Shown here piece after piece: positions 39,251 to 52,390 of a DNA stretch of 64,000 nt. The stretch's first letter is position 1; each line of letters opens with the position of its first letter. The notes beneath the pieces were generated by a model. The model was not told the DNA's origin. It did no database searches and saw only the letters and a program-made list of their open reading frames with translations. This stretch comes from Saccostrea cucullata. Lineage: Eukaryota. A program made the position numbers and the translations under genes. Where the stretch lies: NCBI RefSeq assembly GCF_032062105.1, contig NW_026935288.1, positions 124,001 through 188,000 of the forward strand. Reading direction: 5' to 3'.

Positions 39251-42200
39251 CTTACATTCAGTCAGAAACATTTTTCACCAAAATTACTTAATTACAGATC
39301 ACTATCGTTAGGTTTACGAAATGCATGACAAGTCACAATGATAAGAGTATTACATTTATATAGAAAGTTCATACGCACCTGTAACTATAATGAAATGATA
39401 TTTAAACAATATGAATTAAAAGTCTTTTAAAAATTGTTTGGAGATCACTTACCTTTCCAATACACCCAGCACGTCTGCTGCAGCAGTGACGTCAAAAATG
39501 ACGTACATTTTCATCCAATAAAAGACAAAACCGGCCTGGAGACAAATACGGAATTATTTTAATTTTACTCAAGAAGTAAGCCAAGCCCAAAAGATTTAAA
39601 ATGAAAAGAAAATGAATTCATTCTTTATCAATTTTGTCTGATAAATGCATTATTACAGAAAAAACAATTGTGAAAGTTTTTTTAGAAGTGAAGGGAGGGG
39701 GATAAACAAAGTAAAACTTTACATGAGTAAAATTTTACTAACATTTACAAATTCTTTTGAATAAATGTACACACACATATGAGATAAATCTTAACATGTG
39801 TATAATATGTGTTTATGAATACACATATATTTTATATAAATTAAACATGTATAATTCATCTGTATTTTCGCACACATATATTACATATATATAATACGTG
39901 TTATACATGTGTGGTGAAAAACATGTGTTTAACATATATATTATCTCACAGGTGTATAACATGTGTATATTATATATGTTTTACATATAACTGAAACACA
40001 TATTTTACATGTGTTTATTTACACACATGTATTACATGTATAAAACATGTGTTGAACACATGTGAAACCAAACATATGTTTAACACATGTGGACATTTTT
40101 CCTGTGTATGAATATTATACAAATATGAATATTACGCAATAAACTCATAGATGACGTCACAATAGATCGTGTAAAACAATTTACGTTTTTTTCTATTTTT
40201 AAAAGTGGCTGTTGATAATATTAATTTAGAACTTCAAAATTCCTTAGGAAAAGTAATTTGAAAGATATATGACAATTTATAATTGTGAAGAGATCCTGAG
40301 ATTATGTGGACGTGAAAGTTAAATGTGTTTTCACCATCAATATGGAGATGTCTGGTTGTTTAAGTAAAGTCAATCGATCTACTTATTTAAAATTTAAAAA
40401 AGTGTTTGTAAAATTGTTAACAAATAAATTGTTGCATGTTCCTTCTGAAATACGTTCTGAAATCCAGCATAAGAAAATATGATAGATTTATTTTTTCAAG
40501 GTAAGTTTTCAAAGTAAGAACTATAGTCATCGTCGCTGTAAATATCAATATCTCGTACACCCGATTGTATAAAGAATTAAAGATCACATAAGTGGGCTTC
40601 ATTGTTTTCAGTGTATTACATAAAATGGTATTGTGAATAAAAACCAATGCCTTTATATATATTTAGTGGTACATATTGCATAATACATGTTACAAGTTCA
40701 TTATACTGTAAGTATAGAATGTAATTTAATTATAAAATGGGGGGGGGGCAGGTAGGCCCCTTCGTTTGAAAGAACAGTTTGGTTTTTTTTTTTAATTTTA
40801 TTATTATTATTATTATTATTATTTTGTACAATTTACCAGAATAATAATCTCAAATAATTCCACACGTAACATTCAGAAACGTAGTTTTTGGATTGATTCA
40901 TAAACATGTTCTTGCCAAAAAAAAAAAATCTTAACCTATCCCCCCACCCCCTCCCCTTGTCCCTTCCCGTGACTTGCTTTCCTTATTTTACTTAGCATTT
41001 TAGCGTCATTGTTCTAAAAAGTTGTGTAAAATCGGATTCGGAATTTTCTTTCGTCGACTTGAACACAGACAGCGGTAAATACAATTGAATTTTAATCGAC
41101 GATATTAAAAGAAAATGTATACTTAAGAGGGTGGTGTCTTCTATAAATCTTTTCAAGAACAATCGGAGAGAAAAGATTGTCAGACTAAATGAGCGAAAGG
41201 CCGACCTCAGATTGCCATTTTCACGATAAACTAAATTTATTTTATTGCTAGAGAAAAAAAATTCAGAGTGCGATTTTTTCAATCTTTTTTTATCACATTG
41301 CATTGTCAGTAATAAAACGTGCTTTATAATCGCTAAAATTATGAGGAATATTATCGATTTACAGCTTCTTACAGGGAGGAACATTTCCTTCTCGAACGGG
41401 GGTAGCAGGTTTTTCAAAACAAAAAACAAACAAACAAACAGGCATATAGCCATTATTGCAAATAAATATTCTATCCTCCTCAGGGAATGAAGTATAATCT
41501 GACCTTGACTTGAGGTACCTACACCCGTGCCAAACACTACGTAGTTTTGATTTTTATGCTTGTCAAATTTACAGGGAAATAAAATGGTCTCTAATCATCT
41601 TGGAAAAGCTCATTCTGTCATACAGCGGTATAAAAGTGCATAATCTGAAAATTATGACCCCTACCGTAAATTAAATAAACGGCCGTCCCTTAATTAATAA
41701 CTAAGAGTTTTATTGATGTTGACTTATATTCTGTTATGATACATATTACATGTACATATATCAAATTAAGAACCCTCTCTACACTGCACACTAATTCTAT
41801 GGTATTTTTTGGCAGTTAGAGTGATCTGCCCTTTGATCTAAATTCTTAAAATTAGAAATTCACAGTTTATTACACAATTTTAAATCAATTCAGGCATTCT
41901 AAATGTTTTAAAAGGCCAAGATAAATTAATTGAACATGTTATTTTTATGTATTTTCCCTATGGAAGTAAACGACAGTGATTTCTTTTCACTGATACTGTG
42001 TTGTGTTTGATTATTTTTCCTGGGGGTAAATGCCACGCACCATATGTTGAAAATCATATAAATAAGCTCACTACAAACACCTTTATAGAATATATTTTTC
42101 TCAATATCCAAAAAACATTTTGTACTGGTGTAGAGAAGGTCCTTAAATATGGCAGACTGTTAAAAATGAAAATAAAGATATTTTTTGTATTAAACTTGAT

Positions 42201-42644
42201 AAAAAAAAAACATTAGTTTTAGCTATGCTACGAATATATTGATTGTACGGAACGGTTTTCATGTCTCAGAAATATAGTGTCTTGGGGGGTGGGGAGTGGG
42301 AGGTGTAGTGGGGGGGTGGTGTTCTCTTCTATGATGTGACCTTGTTACATAGTTTCCCAAGAAGACTCCTAAAAGTTCTGAATCCACACCACAAAGTTAA
42401 AATTGACTATATGTGCAGTTGCACGAACAAAGTTGTGCGTTATTAATGTACATGTAGAGCTGCGAGAATGTTTTGCAGCATGGTAGAGTCTATCACTATT
42501 CTTTTCACAACGTTTCTCTTTTCCGCGATTCGACACAACTTTTCCACGAAAAAAATCTCGCGTTTCCAAAACAAGTTTTACTGCTTTTCCGCGATTATAT
42601 TTTTTGATTTTCCGCGACTTAAGGTAATTTACCATGTACCTCTT

Positions 42645-43034
42645 CAGGCGCGGATCCAGATATTTTTCCCAAGGGGGGGGGTCCACCCCCAGTCCCCAAA
42701 AAAACTTTCAACCCAGAAATTTCTTGACAAGGAGAAAAAAAAACAAAAAAAAACCTAAACTCGCCCAAACTTCAAAAACCTATTTCGTTGGGGGGGGGGG
42801 GGGGGGGGGGGGGGGGAGGGGGGATTAGGACTTTTACTTCTTCAAACCTTTGACTTTTCATACCGATTTAGTAGAAATTCGCGTTTAACAGGGGGGTCTG
42901 CGTTTTCCGAGGGGGGGGGGGGGGGTCCAAGGTAACTTTTTTCTTGCTTTTGTATATAAATTTAATAACCTTCCTAATTCCAGGGGGTCCTGACCCCTCC
43001 CCCCAAACTTCCCCCCCCTCTAGTTCCGCGCATG
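42645..43034. mobile_element. Poly-G-rich MITE
   Basis: CAGGCGCGGATCCAG ... CTAGTTCCGCGCATG termini flanked by CTCTT direct repeats. Confidence 0.65.
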
Positions 43035-43372
43035 CTCTTAATTCCGAGAGCTAAGCAAAATCTGTTTCTCCTTTATCACCACTGTCTTAAGTCATTTTCA
43101 CATTTTTGAGATGTTTATTATTTTGTTTCAATTGCAGCAATCTTTTACACCGGTTTTTATTGATCGGTAAGACACATCGACATTCTTTAAATTGTTAAAC
43201 TTTCTAAAAATAAATTCATCGTATAGTATATCTCGTACGTGTATGCATTTGTACACATGTATAAGGAGGAAAATATATGTAAATGCAGGTATATTTTGGC
43301 AACCGTTTGATGATAAGTGCTTACCGTAACTATTTAAAAATCGTAGGAAATGTACAAAATTGATGGCAGCGT

Positions 43373-43686
43373 TGTGACTCTGCTGTTTGGCGACTTTGCT
43401 TTAGGAAGTCTTAGAGCTAGCATCAAGCTCTAAGGTAAGGACTTTGTGTCCAGGTACGGACTTTGTATTCGTGGACGACATTATTCCGGTACTGAAGAGG
43501 TCCAGACACTCAGAGAGAACTCATGCTTAGCTAAGCTTAGGGTCGAAGATTCCCTAGGCGCAGTGGGGGGGGGGGGGGGGGTTAGCGGACAGTATATATG
43601 AAACGTATAATGCCTAACTAGGGTGTCCGGTTTTCAGCAACGGCGAGCCTGTTTAACCCTTGGATGGGTGACCGCTTCACGTTACA
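43373..43686 (+). mobile_element. Putative solo LTR containing a 5S rRNA-derived internal control region
   Basis: GC-richer island bounded by TGTGAC...GTTACA; 43636-43675 aligns without gaps to the box A 3' part/IE/box C region of invertebrate 5S rRNA (recalled sequence). No TSD at these limits. Confidence 0.5.
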
Positions 43687-44825
43687 ATAATACATGTGCA
43701 ATGTACATTATTACAGAAGCATAATAACAGACACTACTACCACAAATACTAACTACAGAGTATGCGTAATTGTCAAAAGGACAGGGGGTGACATAGCTGT
43801 CGTTGTTGTGAATATTTTCTCTCAGACACGTAAGATAAATATATTTGTTGGTTCTTTATTTTTAAAAAAAATATGTAACTTTATTAAGTAAGCTTCACAT
43901 CAATAATGATTATATACTGTTAAAAAGTACTATATTGTAGTAATAAAACCAAAACAAAGTAATGCAAAGATAATGTCTTAGCTAAAGCAAAAATAAATCT
44001 TTAATAGGAAAAAAATTCCAGGAAAATACTGGCATAAAAACTATAATAATTATGTTGCGGTCAAGATTTTATACGCAGTAAAATCACATCTTGCGCTTTC
44101 AAGCGTAAATACATGTAATTATGTATGATTGTATATTCTCGTACATGTATATACCTATAACAAGTAAATAAAAGGTAAGCATGATTGTATGGTATACTGG
44201 TACATGTATTTCAAAATTTAATTTATTATTTTAATAAATATCATGAATTTTAGGGAAATGGAGAGCGGAAAAATTCTTACAATAAATACGCTTTCTTGGA
44301 GAAATAGTTTTCTAGGAAAATTATCTCCTTAAATGACCCACGGTTATTGTAAATATCAATTCATATAAAGAAAAAAAAACCCGAAAGGTTTAGAACAGAT
44401 TAAATTAAAAAAAAATAAAGTAAAATACATTTAAATATGAATTTATTTAAAAGAATATAATATTTTAGGTTGAGAAATGTACAATTCTTTACGCTGTACC
44501 GGAATCATTACGTTGAAATGTGATAACGCCATGTGAACGTCATGACGTCGTCAGTGTTATTTTCTTAAGAAAACATTGCATTTTTAATGAGTTGTGTAGG
44601 GAAAACGGTTTGAGATATTTTCAAAAAATAAATTGATTTAGAACAGGGGTATCCAAGACACCCTATATAAATATTACAACCAGATTTTGGGACTAGGCGG
44701 ATTTTGGTGCTTAACGTACCTTCTTTTTAGATAATACATAATTTTTTTATCACATTCTGCAATTTGAGAGAGCGAGAGAGAGAGAGAGAGAGAGAGAGAT
44801 TTGAAATATGTGAGAGACGTATTAC

Positions 44826-47483
44826 CTAAAACCTATCTCTGATGATCATGGCCCTCATCTGTTGTCCACTTCGATCCTGAACATCGTTGTCCACTCTTTC
44901 GTCGGTATCATTGTCGTCGTTATCCTGCTGCATTTCAACAGGGAACCCTTGCTTTTCACATAAGTTATGAAGCACTGCAGTAGATGTGATAACATCCACT
45001 GCAGTCTGAAGTGCAACGGTCAAGGGTCCACCTAGACCAAAAAAATATTGGCTGGCAAGATTGACAATACAAAGCATATGTTTCATCTGTTCAGTCAAAA
45101 GTTCAGCGCGGACCTCGTTGAAAACAACCAATTAATTCTAATTGATTTTCAATCCGGCTTGTAGTTCCCTTGTATAAAGTATTAATGCTTGATATTTCTC
45201 AAATGATTTAAAATTGATTGAAATCAGTGCTCCCTCATGAAGACAATAATGTTTTAAAAAAATTATTTGGCATCCACTGTTCTTAAAGACATGCGGTACT
45301 TGGAAAAAAAGTCTAATGCATTTTATAGAGGGGGATACTTACGGTATCATTTAATTTTAGTGCATACATTTCTAAAATCTGCAAATTCCAGGGGCGGGGG
45401 AGGGGGGGGGGCTTTGAATTATTACAGAAAGAATGGCGGTGTCCATGTTGTGCTAAAAGTAAGCTAGGAGGTGCATAATGGCTGACAAATTGCGAATAAG
45501 AGATGGGTATCCCATAGAGTACTGTTTGTAACGGACGGACGGACATAGACAGATAGATGGACTGACAGACGGACACCCTAATCAGTATAAAATAGTTATA
45601 TACCCCACGTTTGAAGCGCGGAGTATAATAATAAAAGCTGCTAATTTCTTGGTCTTGCTAGTTGCTACCTTACATGTATTTGAAAAAAGGGAAAAAAATT
45701 ACATTATAAAAAATAAAATAAAGAATATTGGCATTGAATAATTCCATCTAGATATTAAAGAAACATACCATATTTGTGAATACAGAGCCATCGACTTTTC
45801 CAACGACCAAAAGTGTCTTCTATCCTTTGTCGTGCTTTTTTATGAGCTACATTAAAAGCCCGGTCAGCCTGTGTCTGAGGATTTCTTAATGGAGTCAAAA
45901 GATACTGGCGCAAAGCATATGCCTGATCCCCCAGGAGATGCCCAACGTAAGGCTGACCCTAGAACCATTCTCTCAGCTTACAATTGTTCCAAATATAAGC
46001 ATCATGAGTGCTGCCAGGCCAATGGACCACGATATTTGTAAGCATCTTTCTGTGGTCACACACCCTCTGGACGTTGATGGCATGGTATCCCTTTCTGCAT
46101 ACGTAGGCATCTTCTCTTTCCGATGGTGGCTTTATAGCAATGAGAGTTCCATCAACACAGCCTAAAGTGTTGGGCATGTTGAATTCCGTGGAAAAGCCCT
46201 GCTTTACTGTCAATTGTTCTGTAGGTGTTGCTGGGAATTTTATATAATTTCCTACTTTTTGAGCCAGAATTTTGGATGTTTTTTTAACAATCCTCGACAC
46301 AGAGGGTTGGCTTATTCCTGATATGTCCCCAATAACCTGTTGGAGCACAGTGTTGGATAGGGTTATGTGCGTAATCAATGAATTTTAGAAATTTTAATCA
46401 ATGCTGTTATAATGTACATTTAAATTTCGATATGATCACAATGGACTAAATCGCAAACAAAGCTGCACTCTATTTTAGTATGAAGAAAATTAATCGTTTT
46501 CCACATTATAATCATGCATGTCTATGTATTGTACATGTACATGTACATATATAGTCCTATATATATAATTTGTTGACGCTGACCAGGCTATTAGTCATAT
46601 AATTAATTTTAGAGGCCAATTGATCGGTGAAGAATTTTCTATGAAATTTTTGTGAGCTTGTCGCTTTTTGCTAAATACACTGTATAGTGATTTGTACAGT
46701 GTTCATGTTATATTTTAATTAAAATAACTAATTTGTAAAAGAATTTAATTCAATTTCTTGGAGCGTACCCAAAAAAATAAAGTAAAAAAGGTGAAGAGCT
46801 TCAAAATATCTAAATTTAATAAATAAGTTTTTTAGTCAGCTGTTAGTTACAGAAACTTGATAGAGTTTTGCAACCGTTATTTGGGGTTTTGTCTAATGAA
46901 AAGTATGACATCATACAAACATTTGCATATTTAGTTGTTTTGTTTTTTTTTTAAATAAAAAAAAAATAAATAGAGCTTCTTTTTTAAATTTTTATATAAA
47001 AAAAAGAATTTAGGAATAATAATTATCAATTATAGTAAGTTTTAATTATTTTTCAGGAATCGCAATTGTCCGTCATAACAAGGTAGGGGTCTATAAGAAA
47101 CGCTTTATATATGCTTAATATATCACTGACTTAATTGAAAAATGGGATTTTCTACACATTAGCAAATTAAATATTTTAGAAATATAAATGTCTCACTACA
47201 TGAATGTTTCTTGAAGTAAAAATACCTGTTGAAATGAACCCGTAGCATAAAACCGAAGCGCTGCAAATACCTGCAGCGATGCAGGAATGCTGTGTGACCT
47301 CATTGTGGGAGGCTCTAAGTCATTCGACAAGGTATCAATAAGTTCAAGAATACACCATCTTGGCATTCTGTAGCGTCGAATCAATTCCGTGTCGTCATAG
47401 ATGTCTAAGGGGTGTGACCGATCTCGGAAAACCCTGTCTTTTCTTATTGAAACAGAACGCTGAAACATTATCTGGAACGCCAT
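44826..47483 (-). pseudogene. Harbinger DDE transposase (HARBI1-like) with one premature stop
   Basis: Exons 47483-47226, 46336-45769, 45031-44826 are phase-consistent. Motifs ALRFYATGSFQ, GCVDGTLI, RKGYHAINVQ, WPGSTHDA, LLGDQAY, RIEDTFG, AVLHN. In-frame TAG at 45961-45959, with the frame open afterwards. Confidence 0.92.
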
Positions 47484-50317
47484 GTCTGTGCAATATGACG
47501 TCATAAATAACGTAACAATTGTATTGGCGTCATGAGTGTTCGTCGTAAGTGTATTGTACTGTATTGAATATGAACAACATATTCTAATCATACTGTATTT
47601 GATATGAATCGCATATTCTAAAACTTTTCGTAGTAAAAGAAACTCTATACAAATGATAACATTAAAATGTTATTACAGTGTACTTTAAAATATTTTGTGC
47701 TCCAAGCTGTTTTTCATCTCAATCACATAAAAAAATGAAGTTGCTGCATTTTTGAATATTTGAATTTACATTTAAAAAGACAAAATTTCAATTAATCTTA
47801 GAAAATATTATAACAAGTGCTCATTTTCGGAATCTTTACGGGTAGTCATAACCTTCCGTAAAAAAAACGTATGTTTTACGGAGAGTTTCCGCAACGTTTA
47901 CGGATGCGGTATTTACGGAGGCTTTGTGAATAAGAATTTTTCGACTGCGGGTCGTTTCCGCAAAGTTTACGGGTCCGGTAAGTATACGGAGGCTTTGTGA
48001 ATAAGGTCCCAGGAGTCCTGGTAAATTGCTCAGGTAAAGAGGACATTCCGTAGTCAAATTCTGTTTAAGAACAAACGCCTGAAAATTGGTATGAAACAAG
48101 TCAGTTAAAATACAACCATGTTGGTCCTTGTGGTCTATAGTCAGTAAGATGTGGCAGTCTATGGTGTCTTTAATTTCACATTTACTGGAATAAATCGAAT
48201 TGACATAAGAAAGAACTTCAAGGTAAGTTTTGTCACAAGTACATGTACCACGTGTTATTTTGTGATTTTAATCTGATTATATTTCAAGTACGTTGATTGT
48301 TTTTAAAGTGACTATTTATAAATAAACATAATTATTGTGAAACTAAAAAAACACAAATCATGCTCATAAGTCTAGATATTTTTATCAACCGTAGAATTTG
48401 CGAAATCTTAAATTGAAAACTAGCAAAGATTGTATAACAAGCCTTTGATCAACTGGAAGACATAAACTCATATGCAGTTAATAAAAATATTCCACATCAA
48501 TAAGGAGAGATAACGCTAAAGAAATTAAATGTTATGACTTTTGCCGTAATGTTTTGTTATAAGTTTGCCATCAATTGTCTTTCTCTATTAAACTTCCAAA
48601 TTTAAAGCAGCCTCTGATTGTCTTTATTTGGAGTTCAGTGGAATATATCAAATCAAACGAAAATAAAGTTTTAACTGAGAAAACTTCCTTTTATCTTAAA
48701 ATCTACAGCAAGAGATATGTTTTCATGCTTTTAAATGAATTGTGTTATACTTAAATGACCATCATCATTAGATTTCATGGTGGCCTAAGTTTTTGCGGAA
48801 TTGGTGTGTACCTCTCATTCCTTAATATTAAGTGTCTAGAGCAAATCCAGAACTTTTCAAAGCGGACAAATCTGAGACCCAAATGTCTTAAACGTCTCGG
48901 TTGTTGTAATAGTGTACATAACAGAGCAGAGAAAGATAACTCGAATTTAAAAAAAATCTTCAGTAAAAAGAGAAAATTTAAAAGTTTGATAAGAGAATAA
49001 CTCCATTTCTTCGAAACTTTGCAGGAAAGGAAATCACATACAGTTTCATTGAGAAAAATTAAATCAATGTGTAAAATTGTAAATTTCACTGTTAACATAC
49101 ATATATGTCATTGTATTGACAATTTAGTTTAGATAACAGGAAGTAGGAACCTGGTATCTGATAATCAGTTCTGTAGTGGTTTAGTGTTACGTAATTCACG
49201 TGTTGATTTCAAGTGCATGTAGATCGTGTTTACGCTGTGGACGTTCGAAGAATCATGTCAATGATGTTTATGGTTAAAATTTAGTATGTTACTTCAAGTA
49301 ATTGTCATCTTTATGTCATTGATGTAACAACTTTGTCCAAAATGTCCGTGTTCATTTATGTATAAACAGGAAAGTGTACTAGATACTGGATGCATTCAAG
49401 GTCATATGCAGCTTACATGAACTTTACAATGTATCCTTCCCATTGATAATTTGACAAAATAGTTATAATTTAAAATCATTATATATAGCATCAAATGTTA
49501 TTACACAAAACAAAAACGAGCATACAAAACCAGGAGCTTTAAACAAATATAAAATGATAAGATTTTAAAAAAACATTAACAAATATTTAGCTTTGACTGG
49601 TATTTTTTTTATTTTGATTCATCAGAATTCAGAAATATACAGCATAATCAGGCATCATAAAATTTCAAAAAAATTCTTTAATCATACGAACTCCAACTTT
49701 TGCAGGAATAAAGGGGATGGAAAATCAAAACTAGTCCATGTGTCAATGGTGTATTTTACCTTAAGAGCAAGTAGAATTAATTTTAGTAGTTCAAGGAAAT
49801 GATGTGATTTGCATGTAAATTGAAGTATCTATTAAATTTGTTTATGTACAATTAAGGCATGGATTTAAAACAAAGTTGTCTTTTAATTTCATTTAGGGTG
49901 AGTATTATTTGCACATGCATCAGTATCTTGTCTGTTGCACTTAAAAATTTAGCTGAATAGACATGCAATGTTGATCATTGTGAGGGTTTTGATTTTCAGT
50001 GAGAATTAGATGAAGACGTTATATCAATCCTAAACATTTGAATTTTCTATACATCCAAGTACGTTCCTTGTCAAGGTCACTTATTAGTATCTTTGACATT
50101 GTAGAACATATAATGTCTTGTTTAATTCGTCATATTGAAAACTTTGCATATTACGAAGCATCTGTGATGGGAAACTCTCTGAAAAGTATGTTTTGGGGAA
50201 GGGGAAATGTTAAAATAATATATAACAAACAAATAATAAACACAAAGTTTGAATTTTTATATAACATTTACTATATTGTAAAAAAAATGCAAAGTAATGT
50301 CCATCATTCAGTACAAA

Positions 50318-50320
<3 letters not shown>

Positions 50321-50366
<46 letters not shown>
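50321..50366. repeat. (CT)n microsatellite just downstream of the AIF1 stop codon (others at ~52353-52387 and ~44765-44799)
   Basis: Directly visible dinucleotide runs. Confidence 0.95.
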
Positions 50367-50370
<4 letters not shown>

Positions 50371-50429
50371 TATGTTCATAATTATCCATTCACTTTTATC
50401 AGCACCTGCTCGTATAAATTCCTGATTGT

Positions 50430-52346
50430 TCATGGTAAATCTGCGAGGGACTTTTTCGGGGGAAGTCCTGTTGGTTTTTCTTTTTCTTTACCTTTTTCTT
50501 CAAACATCAAAATGCTACAACAGAGATATTACTTTGTTTAAATTTTGAGCAATATGTTAAAGCATTGTATACTTATAATTATTTCTGCTACTTTTTACAA
50601 ATTAAAGATTATTATTTTAATATTTATTCTATTTTCTTGAAATAGCAACATGGCTTTGGGATGAGTTTTTTTTTTTTTTGTTCTATTTGAGAACAAAGGA
50701 CATTTTGACAATGGAAAAGAGAAAAAGTTTTAAGTTGTGCATAAAACAATGATGGAATTACACTTACATTTTGAGGATGGAGTTTTTCTTTCCAAGCATC
50801 ATACTGAGAAATTCTGTGTAATTTATTGTGCCGGAGTCAGTGGTGTCGATTTCTGCTATCATTTTCTTTAATTCCAGGTGGGTCTTGGCTTGGCCTAGCT
50901 TTTCCATCATTTGTTTCAACTCCATTATGTCTATTTAAGGAGAATTCAAGGTAAATAATTTTTGAGGATTTAAATTACAAATAAAAGAACAAAATTATGA
51001 TTATTATATAATTATGAGAAGAACAGATAAAATATGTTAATAGCAAACTATGTTTTACTGTAGCATTGCATGTAACAATTTCAGTAAACGCTTTAGAAAA
51101 TAAGGAGAAATCATTTTGGTTTAGTGATTTTATAATAAATAGATATTATAAAAATGATCAAATCTTAATAAATTACCTATATCTCCTGAGTTGTCCAGAT
51201 CATATTCCATAAACTTAGCTGTAACAAAACAAAAATGCAACATAATGTATAGACACACCTCTATGTTTCATTAAGATTTCTTTGGGCTTTTTAAGAATAA
51301 TGAAAAATGCTAGTTTTCATAAAATTGTGCTTATTTAAATGAGTTTACTTGATGTATCTGGCACTTAGCTTCGTTCATGCTCTCATCTCTGACTATCTCA
51401 CGCATTTAAAGCAATTTCTAATTCAAAAGTTTTACCTCCACAATTACATGCCCTCTCTGGGACTATAAATCTCCATACAAACCTTTGTATGCCACTAATT
51501 TCTCCTCTAAATCTTCAACATCGCTATAGTCGCCACCATCCACACAATCCTAAAACAAAAATCTTTAGCTATAATACACTATAACAGATCATTTTGTAAC
51601 ACTACATTTTTATAGTTTGATATTAATCGATGATATAGTAATACTTGTAACTGTTATGAAATTATATATAAACCTTATTGATCTCGTCCAGAGCATCCTC
51701 TTGTTTCTTCCTTAGTTGTCCGTATGTCTTCCCTCCTAAAATTATTCATTACATAAATAAAACACATTCAAGACCAATAATGAGAGCAAACGCATATTCT
51801 GATGATAAAATTTATCTCGTTAAGTCATTCCCTTGTTTTGATTATATTATAACTTTATAGTAGGAAGCTTTGGTACATGATTGCTTTGTCATATGTACGT
51901 AAGTGGTACTTATGAAGTTTTCCGGATTACAACAGTCGACTCCCATTCATAGCTAATGATAGGAAAGTCTAAATTAGCTTACCCCAACTTTCAAACTGCA
52001 ACTGTCAGGGGGAAATCCCTTACTAATAATCTTTCAGTATATTTTAGTTGATTTTTTTCTATTATATTAGAAAAGGTTGTGCAAACGCTCAATAAAATAG
52101 ATATTGGAGACAATGGTTTTTAACTGCTTGTCGTTTAAAAAACATTCACATGCTCTGGGACACTTTGATGTTTGACATGACCTAGATACCCAGACATTTT
52201 TATGTCACTACAAACGCACTGTGGCATAATTAACGGGAACTAGTTGTCAAATGATCTTATCTTAGAGATATAGTTTAATCTTAAGATTTATACATCCTAT
52301 ACAGGCAAATGATAATTCTCTCCGGAGTTTTATAATTAGAAGTAAT

Positions 52347-52390
<44 letters not shown>

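Larger units (their letters stand above)
36374..40106. mobile_element. Non-autonomous CMC/EnSpm(CACTA)-like element nested in the Harbinger
   Basis: TA|CACAGGAAAAATGTCCACATGTGTT ... AACACATGTGGACATTTTTCCTGTG|TA (25-bp perfect TIR, 2-bp TSD); many ACACATGT/ACATATGT subterminal motifs at both ends. Confidence 0.85.
31271..48009. mobile_element. PIF/Harbinger DNA transposon, 16.7 kb including nested insertions
   Basis: Perfect 25-bp TIR GGACCTTATTCACAAAGCCTCCGTA; 3-bp TSD CAG (31268-31270, 48010-48012); convergent Myb/SANT and DDE transposase genes. Confidence 0.95.

Noticed and set aside
40992-41537. 181-aa minus ORF, and similar AT-rich ORFs such as 29988-30368, 48775-49098 and 50038-50370
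   Set aside because: F/L/I/K-biased composition typical of random AT-rich DNA, with no motifs or splice support.
43470-43510. Hammerhead ribozyme (CTGAAGA next to a GGAC/GTCC stem)
   Set aside because: The GAAA core reads GACA and there is no room for the other two stems.
31991-47483. Domesticated host genes HARBI1 and NAIF1
   Set aside because: Both are enclosed by perfect TIRs with a TSD and carry premature stops, so no gene symbols were assigned.
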